DNA of 64,000 nt from Eledone cirrhosa (Eukaryota), in NCBI GenBank assembly GCA_964016885.1, contig OZ024740.1, positions 419,678,001 through 419,742,000 on the forward strand, read 5' to 3'. The position numbers and the translations under genes are program-made. The notes beneath the pieces were generated by a model that searched no databases, was not told the origin of the DNA, and saw only the letters and a list, made by a program, of their open reading frames with translations. Numbering within the stretch: the stretch's first letter is position 1; every line of letters starts with the position of its first letter. Of the stretch, positions 38,501 through 53,500 are shown piece by piece.

Positions 38501-41500
38501 TCACCTATCTCTATTACATGACTTCTACCACCCCCATTAACCTTTCTCACCTATCTCTATTACATGACATCTACCAGCCCCATTAACCTTTCTCACCTAT
38601 CTCTATTACATGACATCTACCAGCCCCATTAACCTTCCTCACCTATCTATATTACATGACATCTACCAGCCCCAGTAACCTTCCTCACCTATCTCTATTA
38701 AATGACATCTACCAGCCCCATTAACCTTTCTCACCTATCTCTATTAAATGACATCTACCAGCCCCATTAACCTTTCTCACCTATCTCTATTACATGACAT
38801 CTACCAGCCCCATTAACCTTCCTCACCTATCTCTATTACATGACATCTACCAGCCCCATTAACCTTTCTCACCTATCTTTATTACATGACATCTACCAGC
38901 CCCATTAACCTTCCTCACCTATCTCTATTACATGACATCTACCAGCCCCATTAACCTTTCTCACCTATCTTTATTACATGACATCTACCAGCCCCATTAA
39001 CCTTCCTCACCTATCTCTATTACATGACATCTACCAGCCCCATTAACCTTTCTCACCTATCTCTATTACATGACATCTACCAGCCCCATTAACCTTTCTC
39101 ACCTATCTTTATTACATGACATCTACCAGCCCCATTAACCTTTCTCACCTATCTCTATTACATGACATCTACCACCCCCATTAACCTTCCTCACCTATCT
39201 CTATTACATGACATCTACCAGCCCCATTAACCTTTCTCACCTATCTCTATTACATGACATCTACCACCCCCATTAACCTTCCTCACCTATCTCTATTACT
39301 TGACATCTACCAGCCCCATTAACCTTTCTCACCTATCTTTATTACATGACATCTACCAGCCCCATTAACCTTTCTCACCTATCTCTATTACATGACATCT
39401 ACCAGCCCCATTAACCTTTCTCACCTATCTCTATTACATGACATCTACCAGCCCCATTAACCTTCCTCACCTATCTTTATTACATGACATCTACCAGCCC
39501 CATTAACCTTCCTCACCTATCTCTATTACATGACATCTAGCAGAACCATTAACCTTCCTCACATATCTCTATTACATGACATCTACCAGCCCCATTAACC
39601 TTCCTCACCTATCTTTATTACATGACATCTACCAGCCCCATTAACCTTCCTCACCTATCTCTATTACATGACATCTAGCAGACCCATTAACCTTCCTCAC
39701 ATATCTCTATTACATGACATCTACCAGCCCCATTAACCTTCCTCACCTATCTATATTACATGACATCTACCAGCCCCATTAACCTTCCTCACCTATCTCT
39801 ATTACATTGACATCTACCTGCCCCATTAACCTTTCTCACCTATCTCTATTACATGACATCTACCAGCCCCATTAACCTTTCTCACCTATCTCTATTACAT
39901 GACATCTACCACCCCCATTAATCTTTCTCACCTATCTCTATTACATGACATCTACCAGCCCCATTAACCTTTCTCACCTATCTTTATTACATGACATCTA
40001 CCAGCCCCATTAACCTTCCTCACCTATCTCTATTACATGACATCTACCAGCCCCATTAACCTTCCTCACCTATCTCTATTACATGACATCTACCAGCCCC
40101 ATTAACCTTTCTTACCTATCTCTATTACATGACATCTTCCAGCCCCATTAACCTTTCTTACCTATCTCTATTACATGACATCTACCAGCCCCATTAACCT
40201 TCGTCACCTATCTCTATTACATGCCATCTACCAGCCCCATTAACCTTCATAACCTATCTCTATTACATGACATCTACCAGCCCCATTAACCTTCCTCACC
40301 TATCTCTATTACAGGACATCTACCAGCCCCATTAACCTTCCTCACCTATCTCTATTACATGACATCTTCCAGCCCCATTAACCTTCCTCACCTATCTCTA
40401 TTACATGATATCTACCAGCCCCATTAACCTTTCTCACCTATCTCTATTACATGACATCTACCAGCCCCATTAACCTTTTTCACCTATCTCTATTACATGA
40501 CATCTACCAGCCCCATTAACCTTCCTCACCTATCTTTATTACATGACATCTACCGGCCCCATTAACCTTCCTCACCTATCCCTATTACATGACATCTACC
40601 AGCCCCATTAACCTTTCTCACCTATCTCTATTACATGACATCTACCAGCCCCTGTAACCTTTCTCACCTATCTTTATTACATGACATCTACCAGCCCCAT
40701 TAACCTTCCTCACCTATCTCTATTACATGACATCTACCAGCCCCATTAACCTTTCTCACCTATCTCTATTACATGACATCTACCAGCCCCATTAACCTTT
40801 CTCACCTATCTTTATTACATGACATCTACCAGCCCCATTAACCTTTCTCACCTATCTTTATTACATGACATCTACCAGCCCCATTAACCTTTCTCACCTA
40901 TCTTTATTACATGACATCTACCAGCCCCATTAACCTTCCTCACCTATCTCTATTACATGACATCTACCAGCCCCATTAACCTTTCTCACCTATCTCTATT
41001 ACATGACATCTACCAGCCCCATTAACCTTTCTCACCTATCTTTATTACATGACATCTACCAGCCCCATTAACCTTTCTCACCTATCTTTATTACATGACA
41101 TCTACCAGCCCCATTAATCTTTCTCACCTATCTTTATTACATGACATCTACCAGCCCCATTAACCTTTCTCACCTATCTTTATTACATGACATCTACCAG
41201 CCCCATTAACCTTCCTCACCTATCTCTATTACATGACATCTACCAGCCCCATTAACCTTTCTCACCTATCTCTATTACATGACATCTACCAGCCCCATTA
41301 ACCTTTCTCACCTATCTTTATTACATGACATCTACCAGCCCCATTAACCTTTCTCACCTATCTCTATTACATGACATCTACCAGCCCCATTAACCTTTCT
41401 CACCTATCTTTATTACATGACATCTACCAGCCCCATTAACCTTTCTCACCTATCTTTATTACATGACATCTACCAGCCCCATTAACCTTCCTCACCTATC

Positions 41501-44500
41501 TCTATTACATGACATCTACCAGCCCCATTAACCTTCATCACCTATCTCTATTACATGTCATCTACCATCCCCATTAACCTTTCTCACCTATCTCTATTAC
41601 ATGACATCTACCAGCCCCATTAACCTTCCTCACCTATCTCTATTACATGACATCTACCAGCCCCATTAACCTTTCTCACCTATCTCTATTACATGACATC
41701 TACCAGCCCCATTAACCTTCCTCACCTATCTCTATTACATGACATCTACCAGCCCCATTAACCTTTCTCACCTATATTTATTACATGACATCTACCAGCC
41801 CCATTAACCTTCCTCACCTATCTCTATTACATGACATCTACCAGCCCCATTAACCTTTCTCACCTATCTCTATTACATGACATCTACCAGCCCCATTAAC
41901 CTTTCTCACCTATCTCTATTACACGACATCTACCAGCCCCATTAACCTTCCTCACCTATCTCTATTACATGACATCTACCAGCCCCATTAACCTTCATCA
42001 CCTATCTCTATTACATGTCATCTACCATCCCCATTAACCTTTCTCACCTATCTCTATTACATGACATCTACCAGCCCCATTAACCTTCCTCACCTATCTC
42101 TATTACATGACATCTACCAGCCCCATTAACCTTTCTGACCTATCTCTATTACATGACATCTACCAGCCCCATTAACCTTCCTCACCTATCTCTATTACAT
42201 GACATCTACCAGCCCCATTAACCTTTCTGACCTATCTCTATTACATGACATCTACCAGCCCCATTAACCTTCCTCACCTATCTCTATTACATGACATCTA
42301 CCATCCCCATTAACCTTTCTTACCTATCTCTATTAAATGACATCTACCAGCCCCATTAACCTTCCTCACCTATCTCTATTACATGACATCTACCAGCCCC
42401 ATTAACCTTTCTCACCTATCTCTATTACATGACATCTACCAGCCCCATTAACCTTTCTCACCTATCTTTATTACATGTGATCTACCACCCCCATTAACCT
42501 TCCTCACCTATCTCTATTACATGACATCTACCAGCCCCATTAACCTTCCTCACCTATCTCTATTACATGACATCTACCAGCCCCATTAACCTTTCTCACC
42601 TATCTCTATTACATGACATCTACCAGCCCCATTAACCTTCCTCACCTATCTATATTACATGACATCTACCAGCCCCATTAACCTATTTCACCTATCTCTA
42701 TTAAATGACATCTACCAGCCCCATTAACCTTTCTTACCTATCTTTATTACATGACATCTACCAGCCCCATTAACCTTTCTCACCTATCTCTATTACATGA
42801 CATCTACCAGCCCCATTAACCTTTCTCACCTATCTCTATTACATGACATCTACCAGCCCCATTGACCTTCCTCACCTATCTATATTACATGACATCTACC
42901 AGCCCCAGTAACCTTCCTCACCTATCTCTATTAAATGACATCTACCAGCCCCATTAACCTTTCTCACCTATCTCTATTACATGACATCTACCAGCCCCAT
43001 TAACCTTTCTTACCTATCTCTATTACATGACATCTACCAGCCCCATTAACCTTCCTCACCTATCTCTATTACATGACATCTACCAGCCCCATTAACCTTT
43101 CTCACCTATCTTTATTACATGACATCTACCAGCCCCATTAACCTTCCTCACCTATCTCTATTACATGACATCTACCAGCCCCATTAACCTTTCTCACCTA
43201 TCTTTATTACATGACATCTACCAGCCCCATTAACCTTCCTCACCTATCTCTATTACATGACATCTACCAGCCCCATTAACCTTTCTCACCTATCTCTATT
43301 ACATGACATCTACCAGCCCCATTAACCTTTCACACCTATCTTTATTACATGACATCTACCAGCCCCATTAACCTTTCTCACCTATCTCTATTACATGACA
43401 TCTACCACCCCCATTAACCTTCCTCACCTATCTCTATTACATGACATCTACCAGCCCCATTAACCTTTCTCACCTATCTCTATTACATGACATCTACCAC
43501 CCCCATTAACCTTCCTCACCTATCTCTATTACTTGACATCTACCAGCCCCATTAACCTTTCTCACCTATCTTTATTACATGACATCTACCAGCCCCATTA
43601 ACCTTTCTCACCTATCTCTATTACATGACATCTACCAGCCCCATTAACCTTTCTCACCTATCTCTATTACATGACATCTACCAGCCCCATTAACCTTCCT
43701 CACCTATCTTTATTACATGACATCTACCAGCCCCATTAACCTTCCTCACCTATCTCTATTACATGACATCTAGCAGACCCATTAACCTTCCTCACATATC
43801 TCTATTACATGACATCTACCAGCCCCATTAACCTTCCTCACCTATCTTTATTACATGACATCTACCAGCCCCATTAACCTTCCTCACCTATCTCTATTAC
43901 ATGACATCTAGCAGACCCATTAACCTTCCTCACATATCTCTATTACATGACATCTACCAGCCCCATTAACCTTCCTCACCTATCTATATTACATGACATC
44001 TACCAGCCCCATTAACCTTCCTCACCTATCTCTATTACATTGACATCTACCTGCCCCATTAACCTTTCTCACCTATCTCTATTACATGACATCTACCAGC
44101 CCCATTAACCTTTCTCACCTATCTCTATTACATGACATCTACCACCCCCATTAACCTTTCTCACCTATCTCTATTACATGACATCTACCAGCCCCATTAA
44201 CCTTTCTCACCTATCTTTATTACATGACATCTACCAGCCCCATTAACCTTCCTCACCTATCTCTATTACATGACATCTACCAGCCCCATTAACCTTCCTC
44301 ACCTATCTCTATTACATGACATCTACCAGCCCCATTAACCTTTCTTACCTATCTCTATTACATGACATCTTCCAGCCCCATTAACCTTTCTTACCTATTT
44401 CTATTACATGACATCTACCAGCCCCATTAACCTTCGTCACCTATCTCTATTACATGCCATCTACCAGCCCCATTAACCTTCATAACCTATCTCTATTACA

Positions 44501-47500
44501 TGACATCTACCAGCCCCATTAACCTTCCTCACCTATCTCTATTACAGGACATCTACCAGCCCCATTAACCTTCCTCACCTATCTCTATTACATGACATCT
44601 ACCAGCCCCATTAACCTTCCTCACCTATCTCTATTACATGATATCTACCAGCCCCATTAACCTTTCTCACCTATCTCTATTACATGACATCTACCAGCCC
44701 CATTAACCTTTTTCACCTATCTCTATTACATGACATCTACCAGCCCCATTAACCTTCCTCACCTATCTTTATTACACGACATCTACCGGCCCCATTAACC
44801 TTCCTCACCTATCCCTATTACATGACATCTACCAGCCCCATTAACCTTTCTCACCTATCTCTATTACATGACATCTACCAGCCCCTGTAACCTTTCTCAC
44901 CTATCTTTATTACATGACATCTACCAGCCCCATTAACCTTCCTCACCTATCTCTATTACATGACATCTACCAGCCCCATTAACCTTTCTCACCTATCTCT
45001 ATTACATGACATCTACCAGCCCCATTAACCTTTCTCACCTATCTTTATTACATGACATCTACCAGCCCCATTAACCTTTCTCACCTATCTTTATTACATG
45101 ACATCTACCAGCCCCATTAACCTTTCTCACCTATCTTTATTACATGACATCTACCAGCCCCATTAACCTTCCTCACCTATCTCTATTACATGACATCTAC
45201 CAGCCCCATTAACCTTTCTCACCTATCTCTATTACATGACATCTACCAGCCCCATTAACCTTTCTCACCTATCTTTATTACATGACATCTACCAGCCCCA
45301 TTAACCTTTCTCACCTATCTTTATTACATGACATCTACCAGCCCCATTAACCTTTCTCACCTATCTTTATTACATGACATCTACCAGCCCCATTAACCTT
45401 TCTCACCTATCTTTATTACATGACATCTACCAGCCCCATTAACCTTCCTCACCTATCTCTATTACATGACATCTACCAGCCCCATTAACCTTTCTCACCT
45501 ATCTCTATTACATGACATCTACCAGCCCCATTAACCTTTCTCACCTATCTTTATTACATGACATCTACCAGCCCCATTAACCTTTCTCACCTATCTCTAT
45601 TACATGACATCTACCAGCCCCATTAACCTTTCTCACCTATCTTTATTACATGACATCTACCAGCCCCATTAACCTTTCTCACCTATCTTTATTACATGAC
45701 ATCTACCAGCCCCATTAACCTTCCTCACCTATCTCTATTACATGACATCTACCAGCCCCATTAACCTTCATCACCTATCTCTATTACATGTCATCTACCA
45801 TCCCCATTAACCTTTCTCACCTATCTCTATTACATGACATCTACCAGCCCCATTAACCTTCCTCACCTATCTCTATTACATGACATCTACCAGCCCCATT
45901 AACCTTTCTCACCTATCTCTATTACATGACATCTACCAGCCCCATTAACCTTCCTCACCTATCTCTATTACATGACATCTACCAGCCCCATTAACCTTTC
46001 TCGCCTATCTTTATTACATGACATCTACCAGCCCCATTAACCTTCCTCACCAATCTCTATTACATGACATCTACCAGCCCCATTAACCTTTCTCACCTAT
46101 CTCTATTACATGACATCTACCAGCCCCATTAACCTTTCTCACCTATCTCTATTACACGACATCTACCAGCCCCATTAACCTTCCTCACCTATCTCTATTA
46201 CATGACATCTACCAGCCCCATTAACCTTCATCACCTATCTCTATTACATGTCATCTACCATCCCCATTAACCTTTCTCACCTATCTCTATTACATGACAT
46301 CTACCAGCCCCATTAACCTTCCTCACCTATCTCTATTACATGACATCTACCAGCCCCATTAACCTTTCTGACCTATCTCTATTACATGACATCTACCAGC
46401 CCCATTAACCTTCCTCACCTATCTCTATTACATGACATCTACCATCCCCATTAACCTTTCTTACCTATCTCTATTAAATGACATCTACCAGCCCCATTAA
46501 CCTTCCTCACCTATCTCTATTACATGACATCTACCAGCCCCATTAACCTTTCTCACCTATCTCTATTACATGACATCTACCAGCCCCATTAACCTTTCTC
46601 TCCTATCTTTATTACATGTGATCTACCACCCCCATTAACCTTCCTCACCTATCTCTATTACATGACATCTACCAGCTCCATTAACCTTCCTCACCTATCT
46701 CTATTACATGACATCTACCAGCCCCATTAACCTTCCTCACCTATCTCTATTACATGACATCTACCAGCCCCATTAACCTTTCTCACCTATCTCTATTACA
46801 TGACATCTACCAGCCCCATTAACCTTCCTCACCTATCTATATTACATGACATCTACCAGCCCCATTAACCTATTTCACCTATCTCTATTAAATGACATCT
46901 ACCAGCCCCATTAACCTTTCTTACCTATCTTTATTACATGACATCTACCAGCCCCATTAACCTTTCTCACCTATCTCTATTACATGACATCTACCAGCCC
47001 CATTAACCTTCCTCACCTATCTTTATTACATGACATCTACCAGCCCCATTAACCTTCCTCACCTATCTCTATTACATGACATCTACCAGCCCCATTAACC
47101 TTCCTCACCTATCTCTATTACATGACATCTACCAGCCCCATTAACCTTCCTCACCTATCTCTATTACATGTCATCTACCATCCCCATTAACCTTTCTCAC
47201 CTATCTCTATTACATGACATCTACCAGCCCCATTAACCTTCCTCACCTATCTCTATTAGATGACATCTACCAGCCCCATTAACCTTTCTGTCCTATCTCT
47301 ATTACATGACATCTACCAGCCCCATTAACCTTCCTCACCTATCTCTATTACATGACATCTAGCAGCCCCATTAACCTTCCTCACCTATCTTTATTACATG
47401 ACATCTACCATCCCCATTAACCTTTCTCACCTATCTCTATTACATGACATCTACCAGCCCCATTAACCTTTCTCACCTATCTTAATTACATGACATCTAC

Positions 47501-50500
47501 CAGCCCCATTAACCTTTCTCACCTATCTTTATTACATGACATCTACCAGCCCCATTAACCTTTCTCACCTATCTTTATTACATGACATCTACCAGCCCCA
47601 TTAACCTTTCTCACCTATCTCTATTACATGACATCTACCAGCCCCATTAACCTTTCTCACCTATCTTTATTACATGACATCTACCAGCCCCATTAACCTT
47701 CCTCACCTATCTTTATTACATGACATCTACCAGCCCCATTAACCTTCCTCACCTATCTCTATTACATGACATCTACCAGCCCCATTAACCTTTCTCACCT
47801 ATCTCTATTACATGACATCTACCATCCCCATTAACCTTTCTCACCTATCTTTATTACATGACATCTACCAGCCCCATTAACCTTTCTCACCTATCTCTAT
47901 TACATGACATATACCACCCCCATTAACCTTCCTCACCTATCTCTATTACATGACATCTACCAGCCCCATTAACCTTTCTCACCTATCTCTATTACATGAC
48001 ATCTACCACCCCCATTAACCTTCCTCACCTATCTCTATTACTTGACATCTACCAGCCCCATTAACCTTTCTCACCTATCTTTATTACATGACATCTACCA
48101 GCCCCATTAACCTTCCTCACCTATCTCTATTACATGACATCTACCAGCCCCATTAACCTTTCTCACCTATCTCTATTACATGACATCTACCAGCCCCATT
48201 AACCTTCCTCACCTATCTATATTACATGACATCTACCAGCCCCATTAACCTACCTCACCTATCTCTATTACATGACATCTACCAGCCCCATTAACCTTTC
48301 TCACCTATCTTTATTACATGACATCTACCAGCCCCATTAACCTTTCTCACCTATCTCTATTACATGACATCTACCAGCCCCATTAACCTTCCTCACCTAT
48401 CTTTATTACATGACATCTACCAGCCCCATTAACCTTCCTCACCTATCTCTATTACATGACATCTACCAGACCCATTAACCTTCCTCACCTATCTCTATTA
48501 CATGACATCTACCAGCCCCATTAACCTTCCTCACCTATCTCTATTACATGACATCTACCAGCCCCAGTAACCTTCCTCACCTATCTCTATTAAATGACAT
48601 CTACCAGCCCCATTAACCTTTCTCACCTATCTCTATTACATGACATCTACCAGCCCCATTAACCTTTCTTACCTATCTCTATTACATGACATCTACCAGC
48701 CCTATTAACCTTCCTCACCTATCTCTATTACATGACATCTACCAGCCCCATTAACCTTTCTCACCTATCTTTATTACATGACATCTACCAGCCCCATTAA
48801 CCTTCCTCACCTATCTCTATTACATGACATCTACCAGCCCCATTAACCTTTCTCACCTATCTTTATTACATGACATCTACCAGCCCCATTAACCTTCCTC
48901 ACCTATCTCTATTACATGACATCTACCAGCCCCATTAACCTTCCTCACCTATCTCTATTACATGACATCTACCAGCCCCATTAACCTTCCTCACCTATCT
49001 CTATTACATGACATCTACCAGCCCCATTAACCTTTCTGACCTATCTCTATTACATGACATCTACCAGCCCCATTAACCTTCCTCACCTATCTTTATTACA
49101 TGACATCTACCAACCCCATTAACCTTTCTCACCTATCTCTATTACATGACATCTACCAGCCGCATTAACCTTTCTCACCTATCTTAATTACATGACATCT
49201 ACCAGCCCCATTAACCTTTCTCACCTATCTTTATTACATGACATCTACCAGACCCATTAACCTTTCTCACCTATCTTTATTACATGACATCTACCAGCCC
49301 CATTAACCTTTCTCACCTATCTCTATTACATGACATCTACCAGCCCCATTAACCTTTCTCACCTATCTTTATTACATGACATCTACCAGCCCCATTAACC
49401 TTTCTCACCTATCTCTATTACATGACATCTACCACCCCCATTAACCTTCCTCACCTATCTCTATTACATGACATCTACCAGCCCCATTAACCTTTCTCAC
49501 CTATCTTTATTACATGACATCTACCAGCCCATTAACCTTCCTCGCCTATCTCTATTACATGACATCTACCACCCCCATTAACCTTCCTCACCTATCTCTA
49601 TTACATGACATCTACCAGCTCCATTAACCTTCCTCACCTATCTCTATTACATGACATCTACCAGCCCCATTAACCTTCCTCACCTATCTCTATTACATGA
49701 CATCTACCAGCCCCATTAACCTTTCTCACCTATCTCTATTACATGACATCTACCAGCCCCATTAACCTTCCTCACCTATCTATATTACATGACATCTACC
49801 AGCCCCATTAACCTATTTCACCTATCTCTATTAAATGACATCTACCAGCCCCATTAACCTTTCTTACCTATCTTTATTACATGACATCTACCAGCCCCAT
49901 TAACCTTTCTCACCTATCTCTATTACATGACATCTACCAGCCCCATTAACCTTCCTCACCTATCTTTATTACATGACATCTACCAGCCCCATTAACCTTC
50001 CTCACCTATCTCTATTACATGACATCTACCAGCCCCATTAACCTTCCTCACCTATCTCTATTACATGACATCTACCAGCCCCATTAACCTTCCTCACCTA
50101 TCTCTATTACATGTCATCTACCATCCCCATTAACCTTTCTCACCTATCTCTATTACATGACATCTACCAGCCCCATTAACCTTCCTCACCTATCTCTATT
50201 AGATGACATCTACCAGCCCCATTAACCTTTCTGTCCTATCTCTATTACATGACATCTACCAGCCCCATTAACCTTCCTCACCTATCTCTATTACATGACA
50301 TCTAGCAGCCCCATTAACCTTCCTCACCTATCTTTATTACATGACATCTACCATCCCCATTAACCTTTCTCACCTATCTCTATTACATGACATCTACCAG
50401 CCCCATTAACCTTTCTCACCTATCTTAATTACATGACATCTACCAGCCCCATTAACCTTTCTCACCTATCTTTATTACATGACATCTACCAGCCCCATTA

Positions 50501-53500
50501 ACCTTTCTCACCTATCTTTATTACATGACATCTACCAGCCCCATTAACCTTTCTCACCTATCTCTATTACATGACATCTACCAGCCCCATTAACCTTTCT
50601 CACCTATCTTTATTACATGACATCTACCAGCCCCATTAACCTTCCTCACCTATCTCTATTACATGACATCTACCAGCCCCATTAACCTTTCTCACCTATC
50701 TCTATTACATGACATCTACCATCCCCATTAACCTTTCTCACCTATCTTTATTACATGACATCTACCAGCCCCATTAACCTTTCTCACCTATCTCTATTAC
50801 ATGACATATACCACCCCCATTAACCTTCCTCACCTATCTCTATTACATGACATCTACCAGCCCCATTAACCTTTCTCACCTATCTCTATTACATGACATC
50901 TACCACCCCCATTAACCTTCCTCACCTATCTCTATTACTTGACATCTACCAGCCCCATTAACCTTTCTCACCTATCTTTATTACATGACATCTACCAGCC
51001 CCATTAACCTTCCTCACCTATCTCTATTACATGACATCTACCAGCCCCATTAACCTTTCTCACCTATCTCTATTACATGACATCTACCAGCCCCATTAAC
51101 CTTCCTCACCTATCTATATTACATGACATCTACCAGCCCCATTAACCTACCTCACCTATCTCTATTACATGACATCTACCAGCCCCATTAACCTTTCTCA
51201 CCTATCTTTATTACATGACATCTACCAGCCCCATTAACCTTTCTCACCTATCTCTATTACATGACATCTACCAGCCCCATTAACCTTCCTCACCTATCTT
51301 TATTACATGACATCTACCAGCCCCATTAACCTTCCTCACCTATCTCTATTACATGACATCTACCAGACCCATTAACCTTCCTCACCTATCTCTATTACAT
51401 GACATCTACCAGCCCCATTAACCTTCCTCACCTATCTCTATTACATGACATCTACCAGCCCCAGTAACCTTCCTCACCTATCTCTATTAAATGACATCTA
51501 CCAGCCCCATTAACCTTTCTCACCTATCTCTATTACATGACATCTACCAGCCCTATTAACCTTCCTCACCTATCTCTATTACATGACATCTACCAGCCCC
51601 ATTAACCTTTCTCACCTATCTTTATTACATGACATCTACCAGCCCCATTAACCTTCCTCACCTATCTCTATTACATGACATCTACCAGCCCCATTAACCT
51701 TTCTCACCTATCTTTATTACATGACATCTACCAGCCCCATTAACCTTCCTCACCTATCTCTATTACATGACATCTACCAGCCCCATTAACCTTCCTCACC
51801 TATCTCTATTACATGACATCTACCAGCCCCATTAACCTTCCTCACCTATCTCTATTACATGACATCTACCAGCCCCATTAACCTTTCTGACCTATCTCTA
51901 TTACATGACATCTACCAGCCCCATTAACCTTCCTCACCTATCTCTATTACATGACATCTAGCAGCCCCATTAACCTTCCTCACCTATCTTTATTACATGA
52001 CATCTACCAACCCCATTAACCTTTCTCACCTATCTCTATTACATGACATCTACCAGCCCCATTAACCTTTCTCACCTATCTTAATTACATGACATCTACC
52101 AGCCCCATTAACCTTTCTCACCTATCTTTATTACATGACATCTACCAGACCCATTAACCTTTCTCACCTATCTTTATTACATGACATCTACCAGCCCCAT
52201 TAACCTTTCTCACCTATCTCTATTACATGACATCTACCAGCCCCATTAACCTTTCTCACCTATCTTTATTACATGACATCTACCAGCCCCATTAACCTTT
52301 CTCACCTATCTCTATTACATGACATCTACCACCCCCATTAACCTTCCTCACCTATCTCTATTACATGACATCTACCAGCCCCATTAACCTTTCTCACCTA
52401 TCTTTATTACATGACATCTACCAGCCCATTAACCTTCCTCGCCTATCTCTATTACATGACATCTACCAGCCCCATTAACCTTTCTCACCTATCTCTATTA
52501 CATGACATCTACCAGCCCCATTAACCTTCCTCACCTATCTTTATTACATGACATCTACCAGCCCCATTAACCTTCCTCACCTATCTATATTACATGACAT
52601 CTACCAGCCCCATTAACCTTCCTCACCTATCTCTATTACATTGACATCTACCTGCCCCATTAACCTTTCTCACCTATCTCTATTACATGACATCTACCAG
52701 CCCCATTAACCTTTCTCACCTATCTCTATTACATGACATCTACCAGCCCCATTAACCTTTCTCACCTATCTCTATTACATGACATCTACCACCCCCATTA
52801 ACCTTTCTCACCTATCTCTATTACATGACATCTACCAGCCCCATTAACCTTTCTCACCTATCTTTATTACATGACATCTACCAGCCCCATTAACCTTCCT
52901 CACCTATCTCTATTACATGACATCTACCAGCCCCATTAACCTTTCTTACCTATCTCTATTAAATGACATCTTCCAGCCCCATTAACCTTTCTTACCTATC
53001 TCTATTACATGACATCTACCAGCCCCATTAACCTTCGTCACCTATCTCTATTACATGCCATCTACCAGCCCCATTAACCTTCATAACCTATCTCTATTAC
53101 ATGACATCTACCAGCCCCATTAACCTTCCTCACCTATTTCTATTACAGGACATCTACCAGCCCCATTAATCTTCCTCACCTATCTCTATTACATGACATC
53201 TACCAGCCCTATTAACCTTCCTCACCTATCTCTATTACATGATATCTACCAGCCCCATTAACCTTTCTCACCTATCTCTATTACATGACATCTACCAGCC
53301 CCATTAACCTTTTTCACCTATCTCTATTACATGACATCTACCAGCCCCATTAACCTTCCTCACCTATCTTTATTACATGACATCTACCGGCCCCATTAAC
53401 CTTCCTCACCTATCCCTATTACATGACATCTACCAGCCCCATTAACCTTTCTCACCTATCTCTATTACATGACATCTACCAGCCCCTGTAACCTTTCTCA

